From Chloroflexota bacterium (lineage in GTDB: Bacteria; Chloroflexota; Limnocylindria; Limnocylindrales; CSP1-4), in contig PMYK01000054.1 of assembly GCA_003171255.1 (NCBI GenBank), positions 121,229 to 185,228 on the forward strand: a stretch of 64,000 nt of DNA, read 5' to 3'. Of this stretch, positions 53,778-64,000 are shown piece after piece. Both the position numbers and the translations under genes were made by a program. Within the stretch, counting starts at the first letter, position 1. Every line of letters starts with the position of its first letter. Below the pieces are notes generated by a model. It made no database searches. It was not told the origin of the DNA and was given only the letters and a program-made list of their open reading frames with translations.

Positions 53778-55085
53778 CTACGGGGTCACCTCGCCATTAT
53801 CTTCGGCTTCGGCTGCGGCTGCGACTGCCTTGGCGGTCTTGCGCCGCTTCGGCTTGGCCGGGGCCTCGTCGGTAACAGTGGCCGCGGCCTCGACTGCCTC
53901 CGACTCGGGCGAACCCGACTCGGCTCCGGAAGCCACGGCAACAACCGCCTCGTCGACCACTGGTTCAGATTCGGCGACCGCCGAGACGAGAGGCGTCTCT
54001 TCGGCCCGTCCTTCGGCTTCGGCTTCGGCTTCGGCTTCGGCCTTGGCGGCCTCGGCGACGGACACATCGCTGCGGATGTCGATTCGCCAGCCGGTCAGCT
54101 TGGCCGCCAGCCGGGCATTCTGGCCCTCGCGGCCGATCGCCAGCGACAGCATCCGCTCGGGCACCACGACGTTGGCGATGCGATGCTCTTCGTCGATCCG
54201 GACCTCGATCACCTGGGCCGGGCTCAGGGCCTTGGCCACGAAACTGGAGGCCTCTTCGGACCATTCGATCACGTCGATCTTCTCGCCGCCCAGCTCAGCC
54301 ACGACCGCCTGGACTCGCGCACCGCGTTGCCCGACGGTTGCGCCCACAGGATCGAGGCCCTGCTGGCGCGAAGCCACGGCCACCTTCGATCGGCTGCCGG
54401 CCTCGCGCGCAATCGCCTTGATCTCCACTGTCCCGGCATGGACCTCTGGGACCTCGAGCTCGAAGAGCCTGCGCAGGAAGCCCTTGTGGGTCCGGCTGAC
54501 ATAGATCTGAGGGCCCTTGGCGCTTCGCCGAACCTCCAGGACGTATGCCTTCACGTTCTGGCCGATGCGGTAGTGCTCCAGCGGCGACTGCTCGGTGGTA
54601 GCCAGGATGGCCTCGGCCTTGCCGACATCGAGCACGATGGCTCGGGGCTCGACACGAGAGACCGTGCCGGTGATCAGCTCGCCCTCGCGACTGGCGTACT
54701 GGTCGAAGACGACGTTGCGCTCGGCCTCGTGCAGCCGCTGCAGAACCACCTGTTTCGCCGTCTGGGCGTGGATCCGACCGAAGGCCTCCTGGTCGAGCTG
54801 CTCGGTCTCGACGAGGTCCCCGATCTGGGCATCCGCCTGAAAGGCCTGGGCCTCCGCGACGCTCAGCTGGATTGTCGGATCTTCGACTTCCTCGACAACC
54901 TCGCGGGCACGGAAGACGCGAACCTTGCCGGAGTCGGCGTCGATACGGACCTGGATGTCCTCGTCGCCCGGAGTCCGGCGATAAGCCGACTGGATCGCTT
55001 CCTCGACGGTGCGAATGAGCTGCTCTCGCGAGACGCCCTTCTCGGCGTTGAGTTGCAGGAGGGCGCCGACGAAATCTCGACTCAT
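53778..55085 (-). CDS. nusA: transcription termination/antitermination factor NusA with acidic Ala/Glu-rich C-terminal tail
   Basis: '[12 protein letters not shown]', the S1 motif '[16 protein letters not shown]' and the KH motif '[22 protein letters not shown]' are present. AGGAGG lies 6 nt upstream of ATG 55085. Confidence 0.9.
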   Translation of the reverse strand: MSRDFVGALLQLNAEKGVSREQLIRTVEEAIQSAYRRTPGDEDIQVRIDADSGKVRVFRAREVVEEVEDPTIQLSVAEAQAFQADAQIGDLVETEQLDQEAFGRIHAQTAKQVVLQRLHEAERNVVFDQYASREGELITGTVSRVEPRAIVLDVGKAEAILATTEQSPLEHYRIGQNVKAYVLEVRRSAKGPQIYVSRTHKGFLRRLFELEVPEVHAGTVEIKAIAREAGSRSKVAVASRQQGLDPVGATVGQRGARVQAVVAELGGEKIDVIEWSEEASSFVAKALSPAQVIEVRIDEEHRIANVVVPERMLSLAIGREGQNARLAAKLTGWRIDIRSDVSVAEAAKAEAEAEAEAEGRAEETPLVSAVAESEPVVDEAVVAVASGAESGSPESEAVEAAATVTDEAPAKPKRRKTAKAVAAAAEAEDNGEVTP

Positions 55086-55180
55086 TCGCGCCTCCTGTTC
55101 GATGTGCGGTTCACCGCCTGCGGCGTCCGTTTCGACCACGCGTCCGGTCCTCCCGGACGGTTGTTCGCCGTCAGCCACTC

Positions 55181-55208
55181 AAAGAAAGACGTGGGGGTCA
55201 CCCACGTC
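55181..55208 (-). terminator. intrinsic terminator between proS and nusA
   Basis: The minus strand reads GACGTGGG-tgacc-CCCACGTC followed by TTTCTTT. Confidence 0.5.
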
Positions 55209-55392
55209 ACGAGCGGCCGGTAGATTGCAGGGAGTATACACGGCGCCCCAGGACCATCCAAGGGGCGCCGTGCTGGAGGCGCATTCCAAGAGCCGCCCCG
55301 ATCAGGAACAGGGGGAGTTGTTTCGTCCGCACACGATTGGGACGCGCAGCGAGTCTCACCGGCTCCTACCGGCCAGTCAACGGCGAAGCCTG

Positions 55393-56850
55393 CTAATACG
55401 CTCGGGCGAACAGCACGCGCCGCTCCGACGAATCGCCACATACCAGGCACTTGCCCGTCTCGGCGGGCGAGTCGAACGGGATGCATCGGATCGTGGCGCC
55501 GGTATCGGCGTTGACCTGGCGCTCGCACTTCGCGTCGCCGCACCACGGCGCCATGAAGAACCCGCCCTCGGCGTCGAGCCCATCCTTGAACTGCTGATAG
55601 GTGTCGACGGCGTGCGTGTTGGCGGCGCGGAAGTCGACCGCCCGCTTGAACAGCTCGACCTGGTAGGCGCGCAGTCGATCCGGCAGCTCGGCCGCCAGTC
55701 GATCCAGCGGAACAGCTTCTTTCGAGCGATCGACACGCTTGACCAGCATGCCCTGGCCGGCGGCCACATCACGAGGCCCGATCTCGAGCCGGAACGGTAC
55801 GCCGCGCAGCTCCCAGTGGTTGTACTTGAAGCCCGGAGAGTCGTCGCGCCAGTCGACCTTGACCCGAACGGCCTTGCCCTCGGGTGTTCCGGCGAGCATG
55901 GCGCAGAAGCGATCGATCGCCTCGGCAACCGCGGCTTGCTCTTCGTCCTTGCGGAAGATCGGCACGATCACGACCTGGATCGGCGCGACGTTGGGCGGCA
56001 GGACCAGCCCGGAGTCGTCGCCGTGAACCATGGCCGTCGCGCCGACCATTCGGGTCGTGAAGCCCCAAGACGTCCCATACGGATTCTTGCGAATGTTGTC
56101 GCGGTCGAGGAACTCGATGCCGGCGGCCCGCGCGAAGTTCTGGCCAAGCATGTGGCTGGTGCCGCCCTGGAGGGCCTTGCGATCGCGCATCATCGTTTCG
56201 ATCGTCCAGGTGTACTCGGCGCCCGGGAACTTCTCGCTGTCGGTCTTGCGGCCCTTGATGACGGGGATGCCGAGCCAATCCTCGGCCACCGTCCGGTAGC
56301 ACTCGAGACCGGTCGCGACCTCGTCGGCCGCCTCCTCCTCGGTGGCGTGGAAGGTGTGGGCTTCCTGCCACAGGAATTCCGTCGTCCGCAGGAAGAGCCG
56401 CGTGCGCAGCTCCCAGCGGACGACGTTGTTCCAGAGGTTCATGAGCAGCGGCAGGTCGCGATAGGACTGGATCCAGTCCTTCACGCTGTCGGCGATGATC
56501 GCCTCGCTCGTGGGCCGAATCGCGAGCCACTCGTCCAACGCTTTGCCGCCGGCGTGGGTTACCCAGGCCACCTGAGGGTTGAAGCCCTCGACGTGCTCGG
56601 CTTCCTTCTCGAGAAGCGATTTCGGAACGAACAGCGGAAAGTAGACGTTGCTGTGACCGGTCGCCTTGATGAGCCGGTCCAGCTCGGCCTGCATCGATTC
56701 CCAGATCGCGTACCCGTACGGCCGGATGATCATGCAGCCGCGGACCGGGGAGTAGTCAGCCAGCTCAGCCTTCAGGACCACGTCGTTGTACCACTCCGGG
56801 AAGTTCTCGGACTGGTGCGTGATGCTGGTGACGAAACCCTCCTTGGGCAC
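55393..56850 (-). CDS. proS: prolyl-tRNA synthetase (short archaeal/eukaryote-like type, no INS editing domain)
   Basis: 'FPEWYNDVVLKAELADYSPVRGCMIIRPYGYAIWE', 'FRHE-like WELRTRLFLRTTEFLWQEAHT' and the C-terminal Zn-like 'CLVCG' are present, at 485 aa. Confidence 0.9.
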   Translation of the reverse strand: MPKEGFVTSITHQSENFPEWYNDVVLKAELADYSPVRGCMIIRPYGYAIWESMQAELDRLIKATGHSNVYFPLFVPKSLLEKEAEHVEGFNPQVAWVTHAGGKALDEWLAIRPTSEAIIADSVKDWIQSYRDLPLLMNLWNNVVRWELRTRLFLRTTEFLWQEAHTFHATEEEAADEVATGLECYRTVAEDWLGIPVIKGRKTDSEKFPGAEYTWTIETMMRDRKALQGGTSHMLGQNFARAAGIEFLDRDNIRKNPYGTSWGFTTRMVGATAMVHGDDSGLVLPPNVAPIQVVIVPIFRKDEEQAAVAEAIDRFCAMLAGTPEGKAVRVKVDWRDDSPGFKYNHWELRGVPFRLEIGPRDVAAGQGMLVKRVDRSKEAVPLDRLAAELPDRLRAYQVELFKRAVDFRAANTHAVDTYQQFKDGLDAEGGFFMAPWCGDAKCERQVNADTGATIRCIPFDSPAETGKCLVCGDSSERRVLFARAY

Positions 56851-57004
56851 GCTGTTCCTCCTCCGGCGATCGAATCAGTGGGTTCGCGCAATCGTACCGC
56901 CTGCGCCGGCCGGGCGGACGAGGCCAGCTGAACGTTGTCCTGACAGTGGGTCGCGGCAGCCGCAACTCACTACCGCGCCCGGACGGCTGCAACGGCTACT
57001 GACG

Positions 57005-58246
<1,242 letters not shown>

Positions 58247-58248
58247 GT

Positions 58249-59370
58249 CTACGGAGCGCCGCCCCGTATCACGTCGAAGTAGGTCAGCCAGCTGATGAAG
58301 GCCAGCAACAGGGCGAAGCTGGCGACGTATGCGAAGGCCTCGACGGCGCTCACGCCCTTCGCTCCGAAGAGCCGCTTGACCACCATGATGACCACCTTGC
58401 CCCCGTCCAGCACCGGCAGCGGCAGGAAGTTAACGAGAGCCAGGTTGGCCGACAACACCCCGGCCAACAGCAGAAAGACCATCAGCGCGTTCGGCTGAGA
58501 GGCAACGCGGCCGACGTCGGAGATGATGCCAACCGGCCCCTGAACGCCGGCCGGAGCCTGGCCGGGATTGGCTGCGAATTGCCTGGCTATGTCGCCCAGG
58601 GCGCCGAGGATCAGGTCCATTGCCCGACCGGTGCCGGACACCGCGAGTCCGGCCGCCGAGACCGGGTCGCCACTCGATGTGACCATGGAACCGAGCGCCA
58701 CGCCGAGGGCGCCGGCGTGCGTCGCGTCGGGAACCCGCAGCGCGACATCAACCGTGCGCTGTCCGCCATTGGTGTTGGCCACCACGAGCTGGACCGTCTG
58801 ACCCGCGTGGCTGAGAAGCTGCTGGCGCCACGGCGCCGCAACGTCACTATTGCTGAACTCGAGAACCGATGGAGCCCGAAACGGCACGCCGTCGATCGAG
58901 ATCAGTGTCTCGCCGTCCTGCAGACCGGCAACCCTGGCGGGCGTGTTCAAGTCGTTCGGGTCGTTGCTCAACGTGATGGTCGGCTGCACGACCGGATTGA
59001 AGACCCAGGCCACGATGAAGAACAGGACGGCCGCGCTCAGGAGGTTCATGACCACCCCGGCTGCGAGCACGATCACCTGCTTGATCAGCGGCGCGTTCGT
59101 GAAGGCTCGAGGATCGTCCGAGTTGGTCTCTTCCCCCTCGAGCCTGACGAAACCACCTATGGGCAGGTAGTTGAGCGTGTACTCGGTCTCGTGGTCACGG
59201 CCGAGCACCTTCGCTCGAGGCGGGAAGCCCAGCCCAAACTCGAGAACCCTGATGCCGGAGAGCCGGGCCATCAGGAAGTGACCGAACTCGTGAACGAGAA
59301 CGAGCGGTATGAGGATCAGCAGAAAGAGGGGGATGGCTCCTGCCCAGAAGAGCACGCCGCCAAAGTTCAT
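58249..59370 (-). CDS. rseP: RseP-type site-2 zinc metalloprotease (M50) with PDZ
   Basis: 'HEFGHFLMA', a PDZ-like segment '[14 protein letters not shown]' and '[11 protein letters not shown]' are present. Confidence 0.85.
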   Translation of the reverse strand: MNFGGVLFWAGAIPLFLLILIPLVLVHEFGHFLMARLSGIRVLEFGLGFPPRAKVLGRDHETEYTLNYLPIGGFVRLEGEETNSDDPRAFTNAPLIKQVIVLAAGVVMNLLSAAVLFFIVAWVFNPVVQPTITLSNDPNDLNTPARVAGLQDGETLISIDGVPFRAPSVLEFSNSDVAAPWRQQLLSHAGQTVQLVVANTNGGQRTVDVALRVPDATHAGALGVALGSMVTSSGDPVSAAGLAVSGTGRAMDLILGALGDIARQFAANPGQAPAGVQGPVGIISDVGRVASQPNALMVFLLLAGVLSANLALVNFLPLPVLDGGKVVIMVVKRLFGAKGVSAVEAFAYVASFALLLAFISWLTYFDVIRGGAP

Positions 59371-60605
59371 CGGTACGTCTCCGCGAATTGCCGAACCTCG
59401 GCGTCCAGACTGACCAGTTGTTCGAGCGAGGGTTCGACGGGCTTTCCCGTTCCGAACCGCTCGACCGCCGCGCCGAGCAGGCGCGGAATGCCGTTGAAGT
59501 CGAGGCTGCCACCCAGGAACCGGGCCACGGCGACCTCATCTGCCGAGATCAGCGCGGTGCTGGCCCGAGGACCCGCCTGACCGGCCTCGCGGGCGATCCG
59601 CAATGCCGGAAAGCGTGCCTCGTCGGGAGCACTGAACTCGAGCCGGCCGGCCGCGATCAGGTCCACCGGAGCTGCGGCGGACGCCATCCGCTCCGGGTAG
59701 GTGAGGGCGTACTGGATCGGAAGCCGCATGTCGGGAGTCCCAAGCTGTGCCTTGACGGAGCCGTCCACGAATTGCACAGCCGAATGGACGACGCTCTGAG
59801 GATGTATGACCACTGAGATTGCCGGGAGCGGCACATCGTACAGCCACCGAGCTTCGATGATCTCCAGGCCCTTGTTGGCAAGGGTCGCGGAGTCCACCGT
59901 GATCTTCGCGCCCATCGTCCAGGTGGGGTGGCGGAGAGCCTGTTCGGGTGTGACCGTCGCGAGGTCCGCAACAGTGGCGCTCAGGAAGGGCCCACCCGAG
60001 GCGGTCAGCAGGAGCCGATCGATTGCGGCGTGGTCCTCGCCGACGAGGCATTGCCAGATCGCGGAGTGCTCGGAGTCGATCGGCCGGAGCCAGCCCAGAG
60101 GACTTGCGAGCGGATGGTGCGGATCGCCGGTCGCGCCGACCGCCCCGGCAGCCAGGCGACGAACGAGCGGCATGACCAGATGGCCGCCCGCCACCAGCGT
60201 CTCCTTGTTGGCCGTGGCCACGATCTTGCCCGCCTCGAGAGCCGCCAGGACGGAACGTAGAGCCACCAGCCCGCCCGTGGCCACGACCACCAGGTCGACG
60301 TCCGGGCGAGTGGCGAGGGCTTCCAGCGCGTCGGAGCCACCGATGAATTCCGTGGCCGCCGGGAGGTCGAGCCGGGTCGAGCGCCCCTGCGCCAGCGAAA
60401 CGACCGACGGCTTCAGCAGCCTGGCCTGCTCCTCGAGTATGTCGCCCTGCGATCCAGTGGCCAGCGCCACCACCCGAAACAGACCCGGGTTTCGGGCGAG
60501 CACATCGACGGTCTGCCGTCCGATGGAGCCGGCCGAGCCGAGCAACGCAACCCTGGTCGGCTGACCCGCCCTGCCGGCGCTTCCCTGCCCTGGCCAGGTC
60601 ACCAC
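59367..60605 (-). CDS. dxr: 1-deoxy-D-xylulose 5-phosphate reductoisomerase
   Basis: 'LGSAGSIGRQT', 'ANKE', 'PIDSEHSAI' and 'HPQSVVHS' are present. Confidence 0.9.
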   Translation of the reverse strand: MVTWPGQGSAGRAGQPTRVALLGSAGSIGRQTVDVLARNPGLFRVVALATGSQGDILEEQARLLKPSVVSLAQGRSTRLDLPAATEFIGGSDALEALATRPDVDLVVVATGGLVALRSVLAALEAGKIVATANKETLVAGGHLVMPLVRRLAAGAVGATGDPHHPLASPLGWLRPIDSEHSAIWQCLVGEDHAAIDRLLLTASGGPFLSATVADLATVTPEQALRHPTWTMGAKITVDSATLANKGLEIIEARWLYDVPLPAISVVIHPQSVVHSAVQFVDGSVKAQLGTPDMRLPIQYALTYPERMASAAAPVDLIAAGRLEFSAPDEARFPALRIAREAGQAGPRASTALISADEVAVARFLGGSLDFNGIPRLLGAAVERFGTGKPVEPSLEQLVSLDAEVRQFAETYR

Positions 60606-61433
60606 TCAGCGCACCAGCGCCGCAATGAAGAGCGCCGCGATGGGTGCCGCGAAGATGAACGAGTCCACGCGATCCAGTATGCCGCCGTGGCCCGGGATCA
60701 GCCCGCCCGAGTCCTTCGTTCCGGCGGCTCGCTTGAGCATCGACTCGGCAAGGTCGCCTGCCTGCGCGACTGCGCCGATCAGCGGTCCGAGCACCAGCCC
60801 GATGACGACCGGCTGGCCCATAGCCCAAAGCCCGCCAACCGCCACAACCGTCGACGCGGCGAGGCCGCCGACGAGCCCCCAATAGCTCTTGGACGGGGAG
60901 ATGTGAGAGAGGAACCTACGCTTGCCCAGGGCGATGCCGACGCAGTAGGCGCCGGTGTCGAACGACCAGACGAGCAGGATCACGAGCAGGATCCAGGCCC
61001 GCTCGGCCCCGAGCTGGGCGACCGGCGCAGAGGCGGGCAGCGGCGGCGCGACCTGGCCGACTCGAACGAGACCGCCGAGCAGGCCGGCGTAGACGGCGAC
61101 GAACGCGGTCCCCATCCACGCAGAGAACCCGACCCTGGTGTCCTTCGCGGCGAAGGCGACGACGCCACTCACTATCACCACGGCGGCCACGATCAGGCCG
61201 GCATACGGACGGAGCTGCTCGATCGAAGCCGCGTCGGCGGCCACGGCGAGGGCTCCGGCCACGGCCGCCACCGGCGCCGCCGGATAGCCCGCCCCACGGA
61301 GGAGCCGAACAGCCTCCCAGGCCGCCACGGCAACGAAGACGCCGATCAACCCACCGAACCACGGCTCGCCCAGGGCAAGCACGATGAGCAGCGGCGGAAC
61401 GAAGATCGCCGCGCTGAGGGCTCGCTGGCGCAC
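60606..61433 (-). CDS. cdsA: phosphatidate cytidylyltransferase
   Basis: The protein is polytopic and has the C-terminal signature '[28 protein letters not shown]'. Confidence 0.85.
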   Translation of the reverse strand: MRQRALSAAIFVPPLLIVLALGEPWFGGLIGVFVAVAAWEAVRLLRGAGYPAAPVAAVAGALAVAADAASIEQLRPYAGLIVAAVVIVSGVVAFAAKDTRVGFSAWMGTAFVAVYAGLLGGLVRVGQVAPPLPASAPVAQLGAERAWILLVILLVWSFDTGAYCVGIALGKRRFLSHISPSKSYWGLVGGLAASTVVAVGGLWAMGQPVVIGLVLGPLIGAVAQAGDLAESMLKRAAGTKDSGGLIPGHGGILDRVDSFIFAAPIAALFIAALVR

Positions 61434-61442
61434 CAGGATCCC

Positions 61443-62261
61443 CTACCGGCCGAACCGGCGCTGCCGGCTCGCGTATTCGACGAGGGCCGCATCGAAGGCG
61501 GCGGGCCCAAAGTCGGGCCAGAGGATCGGGCTGAAACAGAACTCCGCGTAGGCAGACTGCCAGATCAGGAAGTTGGACAACCGCTCATCGCCGCCCGTGC
61601 GAATGACCATGTCCGGGTCCGGCAGGCCGGCCGTGTAGAGCGCGCCGGACAGCGTGTCCTCGTCGATCTGATCGGGCCGCAGACCGGCCGCAACGAGTCT
61701 GCGGGTAGCGTCGACCAGTTCGGTCCGGCCGGAGTAGTTGAAGGCGATGTTGAGTTGCAGCCGCTTCCCGCCGGCGGTGGCATCGAGCGCGTCCTGGATG
61801 GACGCGCGCGTCTCTGGCAGCAGCTCATCGATTCGACCGAGCAGCCGGACCCGGGCGCCCTGCTTCTTGAGCTCGTCGGTCTCGTTGCGGATGACCTGCT
61901 CGAGCAACGAGAAGATACCGCCGACTTCGGCGTCGGAGCGGGCCCAGTTCTCGCGGCTGAAGGCATAGAGCGACAGGACTTCGATGCCTCGCCGCACGGA
62001 GTGGCGGATTATCTCGCGGACCGCATCGACGCCGGCTGCGTGGCCCTCCATCTCGCCCAGGCCGCGGGCCTTTGCCCAGCGCCGGTTGCCGTCCATGATG
62101 ATCGCCACGTGGCAGGGCAGCTCTTCCGGCGGAACCTCGAAGGCTTCGGTGGGCGCCGCGTCTGGAGAACTGGGCTTCTCCACACCCTGGCCGACTGCCT
62201 CGTTCGAGTCGCGGTGAACCCGCGCCGGGGAATCGGTGGGGCGGGAGATCCGGCGGGCCAC
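61443..62261 (-). CDS. uppS: isoprenyl (undecaprenyl) diphosphate synthase
   Basis: 'HVAIIMDGNRRWA', 'LSLYAFSRENW' and 'IRTGGDERLSNFLIWQSAYAE' are present. The GTG start overlaps the frr stop by 1 nt (TAGTG); the ORF-track 62612 start lies inside frr. Confidence 0.85.
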   Translation of the reverse strand: MARRISRPTDSPARVHRDSNEAVGQGVEKPSSPDAAPTEAFEVPPEELPCHVAIIMDGNRRWAKARGLGEMEGHAAGVDAVREIIRHSVRRGIEVLSLYAFSRENWARSDAEVGGIFSLLEQVIRNETDELKKQGARVRLLGRIDELLPETRASIQDALDATAGGKRLQLNIAFNYSGRTELVDATRRLVAAGLRPDQIDEDTLSGALYTAGLPDPDMVIRTGGDERLSNFLIWQSAYAEFCFSPILWPDFGPAAFDAALVEYASRQRRFGR

Positions 62262-62818
62262 TAAACCTCCAGGATCTCCTGCTCCTTGGTCGCGCCGACA
62301 TGGTCCACGTCTGCCACGTGCTTGTCGGTGATCTTCTGCAACTGCTCGAGCTCTCGGCGAGCCTGGTCTGAACCGAGCGTGCCTTCGTGCTCTTCCTTCT
62401 TGAGCGCATCCGCGGCCTCGCGGCGGAGATTCCGGATCTCGACGCGGGCCTCCTCCATGCGCTTGTGAATCTGCTTCACGAGGTCCTTGCGTCGCTCCTC
62501 GGTGAGGGGCGGAATGTTCAGCCTGACGACGGCGCCGTCGACATTGGGCACGAGGCCGATGTCGCTCTTGATGATGGCCTTCTCGATCGCGCCCAGGACG
62601 CCGCGGTCCCACGGTTGGATGACGATCTGGTGGGCCTCGGGCACGTTGATGCCGGCCAGCTGGTTAAGGGCCGTCGGCGTTCCGTAATAGTCGACCATCA
62701 GCCGCTCGACCAGCGAGGTCGAGGCGCGACCCGTTCGAACGCTTTGCAGGTCGCGCTCGAGGATCTCCACCGCCCGGAGCATCTTGTGCTCGGTAGCCGA
62801 CAACATCTCGCTGCTCAT
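62261..62818 (-). CDS. frr: ribosome recycling factor
   Basis: '[28 protein letters not shown]' and '[14 protein letters not shown]' are present. Confidence 0.95.
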   Translation of the reverse strand: MSSEMLSATEHKMLRAVEILERDLQSVRTGRASTSLVERLMVDYYGTPTALNQLAGINVPEAHQIVIQPWDRGVLGAIEKAIIKSDIGLVPNVDGAVVRLNIPPLTEERRKDLVKQIHKRMEEARVEIRNLRREAADALKKEEHEGTLGSDQARRELEQLQKITDKHVADVDHVGATKEQEILEV

Positions 62819-63612
62819 GCGGGGCTGCCTCCGGTAATCAGGGTGCCGACCGATTCGCCGGCGGCGACCCGGGTGATGTTCTCGGGCTTGTTCAGGTCGA
62901 AGACGACGATCGGCGTGTCATTCTCCATGCACAGCGACACCGCCGTGGCATCGATCACGCGAAGCCGCTGCGCCAGAACCTGAGAGTACGTGAGCCGCTC
63001 GTAGCGGACCGCACCGGGATTGGTGAGCGGATCCGAGTCGTAGACGCCATCGACCTTGGTGGCTTTGAGGATGATCTCGGCCCCGATCTCGACGGCGCGC
63101 AAAGCTGCGGCCGTATCGGTCGTGAAGTACGGGTTGCCGGTGCCGGCGGCCAGGATGATCACGCGGCCCTTCTCGAGATGACGGACGGCACGGCGTCTGA
63201 TGTAGGGCTCGGCGATCTCGTTCATGGCTATCGCGCTCATGACGCGCGTCGGGACCCCGGCCTTCTCGAGGGCGTCCTGAAGCGCGAGGGCGTTCATGAC
63301 CGTGGCGAGCATGCCGATGTAGTCGCCGGTGGCCCGGTCCATGCCCTTTGCCGCCGCCGCCAGCCCGCGGAAGATGTTCCCGCCTCCGACGACGATGCCA
63401 ATCTGCATTCCGGTGCGATGGACATCCGCGACCTGGGCGGCGATGAACGCGCAGAAGTCCGGATCGACGCCGTACTGCCGGCTGCCGAGGAGTGCCTCCC
63501 CGGACAGCTTCAGCAGGATGCGCCGATAACGCGGACGTTGCGCGGCGTCGGCGGCCGGCACGGGTTCAATCGCACCGGCTGCCTCGCCTTTGGCCGCGGT
63601 GGCCTCGCTCAT
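62815..63612 (-). CDS. pyrH: UMP kinase
   Basis: '[11 protein letters not shown]', '[10 protein letters not shown]', '[19 protein letters not shown]' and 'ATKVDGVY' are present. Confidence 0.95.
   Translation of the reverse strand: MSEATAAKGEAAGAIEPVPAADAAQRPRYRRILLKLSGEALLGSRQYGVDPDFCAFIAAQVADVHRTGMQIGIVVGGGNIFRGLAAAAKGMDRATGDYIGMLATVMNALALQDALEKAGVPTRVMSAIAMNEIAEPYIRRRAVRHLEKGRVIILAAGTGNPYFTTDTAAALRAVEIGAEIILKATKVDGVYDSDPLTNPGAVRYERLTYSQVLAQRLRVIDATAVSLCMENDTPIVVFDLNKPENITRVAAGESVGTLITGGSPA

Positions 63613-64000
<388 letters not shown>

Noticed and set aside
51600-55223. 1207-aa plus-strand ORF, and similar long ORFs (3805..5100 -, 6964..8499 +, 38649..40667 +, 45785..47437 +, 60687..62264 +, 35474..36892 -).
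   Set aside because: Each lies antisense to, or out of frame with, a confidently recognised gene (infB/nusA, rny, miaB, ftsK, pnp, cdsA/uppS, murC). The translations are Arg/Gly/Ala/Pro-rich with no motifs. Such shadow ORFs are expected in high-GC DNA, where stop codons are rare.}
55082-55546. 154-aa minus-strand ORF at the position where rimP would be expected upstream of nusA.
   Set aside because: It overlaps the 3' end of proS in another frame. The translation (MVRRREVRAPGQRRYRRHDPMHP...) is Arg-rich with no RimP-like features.}

Overview
High-GC (roughly two-thirds G+C by eye) bacterial chromosome segment, Terrabacteria-like (Chloroflexota/Actinomycetota-type gene order; the phylum cannot be fixed from this window). 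Three parts. (1) Positions 1-13.6 kb, plus strand, housekeeping: ruvB(partial)-tgt-recA-recX-rny-ymdB-PHP-miaB-miaA-hflX-methyltransferase-GT2. (2) About 13.7-25.6 kb, an accessory patch. It holds three toxin-antitoxin pairs (HicAB, Phd/RelE-like, VapBC), a frameshifted AbiEii-like gene, a decayed type III restriction-enzyme N-terminal fragment, an FtsH paralog, a DHFR-family gene, a lysozyme-like membrane protein, a beta-propeller lipoprotein and an F420-type reductase operon. (3) 25.7-64 kb is mostly a long minus-strand housekeeping array: tsf-pyrH-frr-uppS-cdsA-dxr-rseP-ispG-proS-nusA-ylxR-infB-rbfA-nrnA-truB/ribF-rpsO-pnp-asd-udg-rnj-ftsK-rodZ-cinA-murC-yajQ. It also carries a LacI/radical-SAM pair, NUDIX, an esterase, pncB and a ThDP enzyme. 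No tRNA, rRNA, CRISPR array, transposase or integrase was recognised. Most notable observations: a PNPase with a complete DEDDh (DnaQ-like) exonuclease domain inserted in its alpha-helical linker; two paralogous promoter-plus-closing-helix RNA elements (one an orphan sRNA with an intrinsic terminator, one expanded as the leader of the GT2 gene); ~90-nt direct repeats bracketing a TA cassette; an in-frame TruB-RibF fusion; and a ylxR ORF with no canonical start codon. Many long ORFs in the six-frame track are antisense or out-of-frame shadows typical of high-GC DNA and were not called. All product calls rest on my reading of motifs in the translations; no database search was run.
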